Below are positions 47,531 through 53,922 of a stretch of DNA of 53,922 nt, piece after piece. This stretch comes from a virus (taxonomy: Duplodnaviria; Caudoviricetes). A model generated the notes under the pieces. The model searched no databases. It was not told where the DNA came from and saw nothing but the letters and a program-made list of their open reading frames with translations. Location: the IMG/VR virus record IMGVR_UViG_3300027754_000008, positions 1 through 53,922 of that record. One strand, given 5' to 3'. The stretch's first letter is position 1. Each line of letters starts with the position of its first letter. A program made the position numbers and the translations under genes.

Positions 47531-47942
47531 CACGGTAGCGGGTAATGCCGCTGATTTAGAGGACGCGTTTCCTCTTGTAGACCCCGGAGCACTGCCCCTT
47601 GGCGCACGAGTATTAGTTCAACTGCGAATCGCCAAGAAACGAATGACAGAATCGGGGATTATTTTGCCTGAAGAGACCCGCGACACCGAGAGGGCGCAAA
47701 ACCCAGTCGGTAAAGTGGTGGCTATCGGCCCGTTAGCGTTCAAGAAGCGCGACACAATGGAGGCATGGCCTGAAGGCTCGTGGTGCGGTGTGGGTGATTA
47801 CCTTCGCGTACCCAAATGGACTGGCGACCGTTGGTTTGTTCCGCACAATAACGAGGAAAACGTCGAGTTTATGGTGCTGAATGACCACGAAGTGATCGCC
47901 AAAATCACTGGTAACCCCCTTGAAGTGAAGGCATTCGTATGA
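47520..47942 (+). CDS. groES: GroES-like co-chaperonin
   Basis: PLGARVLV, TESGIILP, GKVVAIGP, VGD, LND.EVIA. Confidence 0.88.
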   Translation: MTDSTVAGNAADLEDAFPLVDPGALPLGARVLVQLRIAKKRMTESGIILPEETRDTERAQNPVGKVVAIGPLAFKKRDTMEAWPEGSWCGVGDYLRVPKWTGDRWFVPHNNEENVEFMVLNDHEVIAKITGNPLEVKAFV

Positions 47943-48937
47943 GTACCGAACAACAAAACGCTGAAAAGCAAGAAGTCATCACAATTCAAGAGGAAGTTGA
48001 TGGTTCAGCAACGATTGAGTTGCCTGATAGCATCCCATCCCCTGATGAACAGGCAGATTCAAGTCAAGAAGACTCTGATGAAGCTGATGAACGAGCCAGA
48101 CGCGCTGAATTAGCCGCTGGTGGTGAGGTAGACGCCGATGCGGAGGCTCTTAGAGAGCAGAAACGTCAAAAAAGACGCTCACGCAAGGAGTACCACCGCA
48201 ACGTCGAGCAAGAGAAGAACGTCAAAATCCAACATTTGGAGCGCGTTAATCAAGAAATGCTCGAACGCATGGCGGTTTTGGAGAAGAAGTCGCATGGAAG
48301 TGAGTTAGCACGCCTTAATAAGGCGATTGAAGACCAACACAATCGCATTTTGTTTGCAAAACAGAAGATTTCAGAGGCAACAGCCACTGGAAACGGTGAT
48401 TTGCTCACTAATGCGCAGGAAATGTGGTTTGAAGCACGACGCAATGCTGAGGCTCTTGAAAACATCAAGAAAAAAGCCACTGCACCACGTCGCCAACGCA
48501 CTATTCAAGCACCTGATCCAGCCGTGCAGAACTTTGCAAATCAATGGATGTCAAACAATGAATGGTATGACCCTAAAGGGCGAGACTCCGACTCAAAGAT
48601 CGCTTTAACGATTGATGCGGCGCTTGCTGAGGAAGGTTACACCCCCCAAACTTCAGAATTTTGGGAAGAACTTGACAACCGCTTGCAAAAGTACCTACCT
48701 CACCGTTATACTAATAACACGAACGAGAAAACAACACAACGGAGACCCCGTAATGTAGTGACGAGTTCGGGACGCGAAGCGGCGTCGAGTAGTGGTGGTA
48801 GAAATACTTTTACTCTAAACCCAGATCAGGTCAGAGCCATGAAAGATGCAGGTATGTGGGACGATCCCGACAAGAGAGCGCGAATGGTCGCGAGGTATGC
48901 TAAAGAAGCACGTCAAAACAACGGATATAGGAGTTGA
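47939..48937 (+). CDS. Capsid scaffolding protein
   Basis: Acidic N-terminus, long coiled coil, W...N.WY; position before the capsid genes. Confidence 0.75.
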   Translation: MSTEQQNAEKQEVITIQEEVDGSATIELPDSIPSPDEQADSSQEDSDEADERARRAELAAGGEVDADAEALREQKRQKRRSRKEYHRNVEQEKNVKIQHLERVNQEMLERMAVLEKKSHGSELARLNKAIEDQHNRILFAKQKISEATATGNGDLLTNAQEMWFEARRNAEALENIKKKATAPRRQRTIQAPDPAVQNFANQWMSNNEWYDPKGRDSDSKIALTIDAALAEEGYTPQTSEFWEELDNRLQKYLPHRYTNNTNEKTTQRRPRNVVTSSGREAASSSGGRNTFTLNPDQVRAMKDAGMWDDPDKRARMVARYAKEARQNNGYRS

Positions 48938-48939
48938 AA

Positions 48940-49479
48940 ATGGATTCTCGTTTAAAGAAAAATTTGTCTGCTGGTGGACGCGAAAGTCGCGCGAGTCTTG
49001 ACCAAAGTCGAGAGGCACCCGAAGACCAGTTCGTATCATCTGATGAGCGTCGCAAGATGTGGAAAGATGAGTGGACACAAAGCGCGTTGCCCAATGTCCC
49101 TGAAGTTAAGGGATGGCATCATTGCTGGTTATCGTCAACCAATGCGTATGACAGCATTGACAAGAGGATCAGATTAGGTTATGTACCCGTGAAAGCGGAC
49201 GAGATGACTGGGTTTGATAACTATCGAGTCAAGTCTGGAGAACAAACTGGTTATATCGCGTGTAATGAGATGATCTTGTACAAAATTCCAATGGACTTGT
49301 ATCAAGATGTTATGGCTCATTTTCACCACGAAGCACCGCTTGAGGAAGCGAACAAGATTCGACTGCAAGCAGAGCAACAAGTGGGACGTGATAGTCGAGG
49401 TAGACCCTTGGGACAGATTGAAGGCGATGGTATGGACAACATTGATAAACCGATACCTGCTCCGCATTTCGCTGGGTAG
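48940..49479 (+). CDS. Conserved head-module protein
   Basis: LP..P...GW...W, GYVPV, ILYKIP. Confidence 0.65.
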   Translation: MDSRLKKNLSAGGRESRASLDQSREAPEDQFVSSDERRKMWKDEWTQSALPNVPEVKGWHHCWLSSTNAYDSIDKRIRLGYVPVKADEMTGFDNYRVKSGEQTGYIACNEMILYKIPMDLYQDVMAHFHHEAPLEEANKIRLQAEQQVGRDSRGRPLGQIEGDGMDNIDKPIPAPHFAG

Positions 49480-49508
49480 GAATGTTTTAACAAACAAGGA
49501 GTAAGACT

Positions 49509-50081
49509 ATGTCTTCAACATCTGCTCCGTTCGGTATGCGCCCATCGTTCCATCCTTCTGGTTTGGATCGCGCTGTCGCATTACCCAACGGTATCGCCTC
49601 TGCCTACGGAACTGGCATTTTAAAAGGTCAACCCGTAGCACTTAACACCAGCGGTAACATCATTGCCGCTACTGCTGGTAGCGCCTACCAAGGTGCTTTT
49701 GCTGGTCACGAGTACACCGACCTAACTGGTCGTCGTCTTGTCAGCAACCAATGGATTGCAAGCACTGCATACCAAACTGGTTCTGAAGTAACCTACTACT
49801 ACTCTGACCCGAACATCGTTTACGACATTCAGGCTAATGGTAGTTTGGCTCAGACCTCCATTGGAGATCAAGCAGACTTTGCAAGCATTACCGCTGGTTC
49901 TACAACCACTGGTTTGTCGCAATGCATGATTTCCACCTCGTTGGCAGGTTCTAGTGCTGTTGGTGATATGCGTATCATCGGACTCACGCCTGCTGTTGAC
50001 AACGCTTGGGGCGATGCTTACACAGTAGTGCAAGTACAAGTCTCTCGTAGTCAATTTGTTGCAACCATTAACGCCATCTAA
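49509..50081 (+). CDS. Capsid decoration / minor head protein
   Basis: APFGMRP, DPNIVYDIQ; immediately upstream of the MCP; AAGGAG RBS. Confidence 0.7.
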   Translation: MSSTSAPFGMRPSFHPSGLDRAVALPNGIASAYGTGILKGQPVALNTSGNIIAATAGSAYQGAFAGHEYTDLTGRRLVSNQWIASTAYQTGSEVTYYYSDPNIVYDIQANGSLAQTSIGDQADFASITAGSTTTGLSQCMISTSLAGSSAVGDMRIIGLTPAVDNAWGDAYTVVQVQVSRSQFVATINAI

Positions 50082-50092
50082 GGAGTCCAATC

Positions 50093-51007
50093 ATGGCCGC
50101 ACCAATGCGCAGTACGGACTTTAGAAGTATTGTTGAACCTATCCTCAACGAATGCTTCGATGGAGTCTATGACCAACGTACCGATGAATGGTCACGGGTT
50201 TTCCGTGAGCAAGAAGGTATTCCTCGTAACTACCACGAAGAACCAGTCCTTTATGGATTTGGTGCCGCACCTCAACTTCCTGATGGAACACCTGTGTCCT
50301 ATCAGCAAGGTGGTGTTCTCTTCTTGCAACGCTATGTCTACAACGTGTATGGCTTAGCCTTCGCGCTGACAAAAGTGTTGGTTGAAGATGGCGACCATAT
50401 CCGCATCGGTCAGGTTTATGCACGTCACTTGGCACAGTCTTTGATTGAAACCAAAGAAACTTTGTCAGCAAACGTGTTGAACCGTGCGTTTAACTCGAGC
50501 TACCCCGGCGGGGATGGCGTGTCTCTGAGCAATTCAGCGCACCCCATTGTGAATGGCACATTCAGCAACTTGCTGACTACTGCCGCTAACTTGTCGCAGA
50601 CTTCTCTTGAGCAAATGTTGATCCAAATCCGTCAAGCGGTGGACAACAATGGCAAGAAGATTCGTTTGGTTCCACGTCAACTGATTGTGGCCCCCGGCAA
50701 CGTCTTCCAAGCTGAAGTTTTGTTGAAGTCTGTCCTGCGCTCAGGTACTGGCAACAACGACATCAACCCTGTTAAGTCTATCGGTCTTTTGGACGAAGGC
50801 GCGGCAGTGTTGTCACGTTTGACCAGTGCTACAGCATTCTGGGTACAGACTGATGCTCCTGAAGGCATGAAGTTGCTGATGCGTCGCAAACTCGAAAAGA
50901 CTATGGAAGGTGATTTCGAGACCGACTCTATGCGCTACAAAGCTACAGAGCGTTACCAAGTGGGCTTCACTGATCCACGCGCCGTGTACGGCACGCCCGG
51001 CGTCTAA
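50093..51007 (+). CDS. Major capsid protein (HK97 fold, Mu gpT-like)
   Basis: 304 aa; GFGAAP..P.G, GGDGVSL...HP, P.QLIV.P, KATERY..G..DPR..YG. Confidence 0.9.
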   Translation: MAAPMRSTDFRSIVEPILNECFDGVYDQRTDEWSRVFREQEGIPRNYHEEPVLYGFGAAPQLPDGTPVSYQQGGVLFLQRYVYNVYGLAFALTKVLVEDGDHIRIGQVYARHLAQSLIETKETLSANVLNRAFNSSYPGGDGVSLSNSAHPIVNGTFSNLLTTAANLSQTSLEQMLIQIRQAVDNNGKKIRLVPRQLIVAPGNVFQAEVLLKSVLRSGTGNNDINPVKSIGLLDEGAAVLSRLTSATAFWVQTDAPEGMKLLMRRKLEKTMEGDFETDSMRYKATERYQVGFTDPRAVYGTPGV

Positions 51008-51020
51008 CCCACGCCACGAG

Positions 51021-51052
51021 GGGGTTGGGATAACACCTAACCCCTTTTTTTT
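51021..51052 (+). terminator. Rho-independent terminator after the MCP
   Basis: GGGGTTGGG-N6-CCTAACCCC followed by T8. Confidence 0.85.
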
Positions 51053-51084
51053 AATGTTTGGTCAAACTTTTCAAGGAGCAGACC

Positions 51085-52062
51085 ATGCCCCAGTTTTCAG
51101 ATGATCTTTTTCTAGGCTCCGCCATTACCTATCAAGGTTCGGATGCTTATCCTGCTGTTGCGACCTTTACTGGTTCAATTTCTACCACTACATTAACTGT
51201 TACCGCAATGCTTTCTGGTGACAATATTACTGTTGGTATGTTTATTGACAGTTCAACGTCACTCACCAATGGCACCTACATTACCGCTTTTGGTACAGGT
51301 ACAGGCGGTACAGGTACTTACACGGTCAGTGCTTCACAAACTGTAGCAAGCGCCACCATCATTGGTTCTGGTAATGCTTTGTTGCAAAACCCATCCCCAA
51401 TGAGCGTAGGTGTTGGCCCCTTGGGTCGACTCTATATTTGGGACGCTGTACCACAAGCAAAACTAACAACCAACATTGTTGCCGCCGCCATCACAACTGC
51501 TACCACGCTCACGCTTGCCGCAGGTGCTGGTGTTACATCAACAACCATAACTGGTGGTGGTACAGGTCTGCAACTTGACTGCCCTCGTGCTGTGTCTACA
51601 ACCACAGGTGCTGGTTCTCCAACTTCTGTCAACATTACGGTTTCTGGTTACGACTACTACGGTCAAGCCATGAGCGAGGTAATTGCAACAGGAACAGTGG
51701 CATCAACAACCGTCAATGGTAAAAAAGCCTTCTACCAGATTGCCAGTGTTACCGCTTCAGGCGGTAGCGTGGTAACTGTTGCGGTAGGTACAACCGACAT
51801 CTTAGGTGCGCCACTGCGCATCACTGATCGAGGTTACGTCACCCGCGCTGGCTGGGACAATACCTTGGCTGAAGATGCTGGCACCATGACTGTTGCCGCT
51901 ACCGCTACAGCAACTACCACAACTGGAGATGTGCGCGGAACGTACACCCCTTCCTCGGCGGCAGATGGTATCAAGCGCCTTGTGATGGGAATAGCCCTGC
52001 CAGCGATTGCGGCAGGCCCGAATGCAACTCGTGTTGGCGCGTTTGGCGTCACACAAGCATAA
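51085..52062 (+). CDS. Virion structural protein (head fibre or decoration-like)
   Basis: Thr/Gly-rich; G.DYYGQ.MSE, GKKAF, GDVRGT; AAGGAG RBS. Confidence 0.65.
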   Translation: MPQFSDDLFLGSAITYQGSDAYPAVATFTGSISTTTLTVTAMLSGDNITVGMFIDSSTSLTNGTYITAFGTGTGGTGTYTVSASQTVASATIIGSGNALLQNPSPMSVGVGPLGRLYIWDAVPQAKLTTNIVAAAITTATTLTLAAGAGVTSTTITGGGTGLQLDCPRAVSTTTGAGSPTSVNITVSGYDYYGQAMSEVIATGTVASTTVNGKKAFYQIASVTASGGSVVTVAVGTTDILGAPLRITDRGYVTRAGWDNTLAEDAGTMTVAATATATTTTGDVRGTYTPSSAADGIKRLVMGIALPAIAAGPNATRVGAFGVTQA

Positions 52063-52072
52063 GGAGAGCAAC

Positions 52073-53167
52073 ATGGGACAATTTAAACCAATGGTCAAAA
52101 TGATGACCACAGAACCCTCAGTAGAGTTAAAACTCGCTAAGGGTGGCTCAGTCAAGATGAAAAAAGGCGGTAGCACTACCAAAGCCAAGAAGATGGCTAT
52201 GGGTGGTGGCGCTATGGACATGATGTCAGGAACACCCGCTTTGGTGGGTCGTCCTGCTGTGAATGCTCCAGTGCGCACGCCGGGCAAGCCCTCCATGATG
52301 GCTCGTCGCAAGGCAATGATGGCAAAGCCTGCAATGCCTATGGGTAACCCCTCTATGCCTGCGCCAATGAAAAAAGGTGGCAAAGCTGAAGGCGGCGACA
52401 CTGCTCAAGACAAAGCTATGATCAAGAAAGCCTTTAAACAGCACGATATGCAAGAGCATAAAGGCGGCAAAGGCACTAACTTGAAGCTGAAAAAGGGTGG
52501 CAAGATGGCTACTGGCGGTGTAACGGACGGTCAAGGTGGTTACAAAACTGGTGGTGTTGTCCTTGGTAATGGCGGCGGTTACAAAACTGGCGGAGTTGCT
52601 TTAGGTAACGCGGGTGGCTACAAAATGGGGGGCAAATCCTCAAAAAAAGCCTACGCGACGGGGGGAACTGTTGATTCAGGCAAACCCGTCGCAATGCCCC
52701 AAGGTAACAAGAAACCAAGCGCACCTGTAAGCATTGATCGTTTTTCTGGCACCTTTAAAAAGGGCGGCAAAGTAATGATGAATGGTGGTGGTACAACTTC
52801 TGGTCAAGGTGCGATTACTGATAGTGAGCGCAAGACTGTTCAGGACTTGTCCAAAGGTGCTTACGATAAAACTGGAAAGTACAACCGTGAACTTGAGGAT
52901 GCAATGAATCCTTTTAGTATGGTGAAAGAACTTGCTGGCAAGGCGCGTGATGCGTTTCTTGATAGGAAGCCTGCCCAGATAATTGATATGACAGGAAAAA
53001 AACCTGAAGATTTTCTTGACAGGAAGCCTGATAGGTCAATAGACATGAAGGGTAAAAAACCTGAAGATTTTCTTCAAAAATTGCGTGGACAGGGCGCTGT
53101 TACAGAAACCGAAAGGTCTGTGACAGTGTCCCCAGTAGGAAAAAGACGCGGCGGACGCGCTTGTTGA
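52073..53167 (+). CDS. Basic low-complexity protein with about 14 xxxGG motifs; possible internal head protein
   Basis: MKKGG, MATGG, YKTGG, YATGG, FKKGG and others; AAGGAG RBS. Confidence 0.7.
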   Translation: MGQFKPMVKMMTTEPSVELKLAKGGSVKMKKGGSTTKAKKMAMGGGAMDMMSGTPALVGRPAVNAPVRTPGKPSMMARRKAMMAKPAMPMGNPSMPAPMKKGGKAEGGDTAQDKAMIKKAFKQHDMQEHKGGKGTNLKLKKGGKMATGGVTDGQGGYKTGGVVLGNGGGYKTGGVALGNAGGYKMGGKSSKKAYATGGTVDSGKPVAMPQGNKKPSAPVSIDRFSGTFKKGGKVMMNGGGTTSGQGAITDSERKTVQDLSKGAYDKTGKYNRELEDAMNPFSMVKELAGKARDAFLDRKPAQIIDMTGKKPEDFLDRKPDRSIDMKGKKPEDFLQKLRGQGAVTETERSVTVSPVGKRRGGRAC

Positions 53168-53172
53168 AAACG

Positions 53173-53197
53173 AGTGGGGGCTTCGGCCCCCGCTTTT
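53173..53197 (+). terminator. Rho-independent terminator with UUCG loop
   Basis: AGTGGGGGC-TTCG-GCCCCCGCT followed by TTT. Confidence 0.8.
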
Positions 53198-53211
53198 AAT
53201 TGGAGAAATGA

Positions 53212-53631
53212 ATGACTATTACGGCTACATCCCAAACATTATTTGATGGCGAAAGAATCGCCATTATGAAGTTTTACGCATCAATGAGTACGACTGAAAA
53301 TGAGTCTGCTGTTGCAAAAGTAACTCCTTCGGCGCTTTTACCATCAAATGCAGGTGGTGCTTGTGATGCTGTGACCATTTTAAAATGCACAGCAATGACG
53401 CATGGTTTAGAAGTCCAAATGAATTGGAAAGCAAATACACCAGTTGTTATTGAAATTATTCCACCCAATACAAATTACACCCAAGATTATTCAAATTTTG
53501 GCGGTTTGTGGAACAACGCAAGTACAGGTAAAGACGGCGTAATTACTTTTACAACTTTAGATGGTACTGCTGGAGATGCGTACACGGTCATTCTTGAAAT
53601 GCAAAAACATTACGTTAATCCTTTGGGTTAA
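53212..53631 (+). CDS. Conserved virion-module protein
   Basis: D.S.FGGL.N....G..G.I.FTT...DAYTVILEM.K. Confidence 0.65.
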   Translation: MTITATSQTLFDGERIAIMKFYASMSTTENESAVAKVTPSALLPSNAGGACDAVTILKCTAMTHGLEVQMNWKANTPVVIEIIPPNTNYTQDYSNFGGLWNNASTGKDGVITFTTLDGTAGDAYTVILEMQKHYVNPLG

Positions 53632-53633
53632 TC

Positions 53634-53922
53634 ATGCCAAGCAAATCATCTTTCCAACACAATTTGATGGAAGCGGTCGCACATAACCCTGCGTTCGCCA
53701 AGAAGGTTGGTATTCCTCAAAAGGTCGGCAAAGATTTTGCTAAAGCTGATGAGGGAAAGAAACTTAAAGGAGGCGGCTTGTATGAAAATATCAATGCAAA
53801 ACGTGAAAGAATCTCTGAAGGCTCTGGGGAGAAGATGCGTCGAGTGGGTAGCAAGGGTGCGCCAACGGCTAGTGACTTTAAAGAGTCAGCAAAAACCGCC
53901 AAATTAAAAGATGGTGGGGTTA
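53634..53922 (+). CDS. 5' part of the junction-spanning 174-aa protein
   Basis: MPSKSSFQHNLMEAVAHNPAFAKKVGIPQ...LKGGG-LYENINAKRERI...LKDGG; continues to 363. Confidence 0.75.
   Translation, partial: MPSKSSFQHNLMEAVAHNPAFAKKVGIPQKVGKDFAKADEGKKLKGGGLYENINAKRERISEGSGEKMRRVGSKGAPTASDFKESAKTAKLKDGGV

Noticed and set aside
53796-53922. Biological direct terminal repeat
   Set aside because: The length of 127 equals a common assembler k-mer and the repeat falls mid-gene, so it is most likely circular-assembly overlap

Overview
The window is an apparently complete, circularly assembled tailed dsDNA phage genome of about 53,795 bp. Bases 1-127 repeat exactly at 53796-53922. The morphology looks podovirus-like: there are tail-tube/adaptor and ejection proteins but no tape measure or sheath. 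The late arm (about 37.9 kb, through the junction, to 23.8 kb, + strand) encodes terminase, a 1540-aa polyvalent protein, portal, GroES, scaffold, major capsid, tail, two fibres, a lysis cassette and five large internal virion proteins. The early arm has a short leftward SSB/exonuclease operon, a Cro-like gene, a DUF1376/YdaU-type initiator with iterons, RusA, a Ref-like HNH nuclease, ArdC and many small ORFs behind repeated promoter-leader modules. No integrase, CI, polymerase, tRNA or CRISPR array was seen. The strongest candidate system is a coupled three-gene DNA hypermodification cassette (31023-33515). It comprises a C5 cytosine 'methyltransferase' with Arg replacing the motif-X Asn, an asparagine-synthetase-like amide ligase and a CmoA-like carboxy-SAM synthase. 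It is predicted to make 5-carboxymethylcytosine and an amide derivative, and a probable second subunit is nested out of frame inside the transferase gene. A second candidate is a recurring x-x-x-Gly-Gly motif at module boundaries in five predicted virion proteins. All family assignments are by-eye motif recognition; no searches were run.
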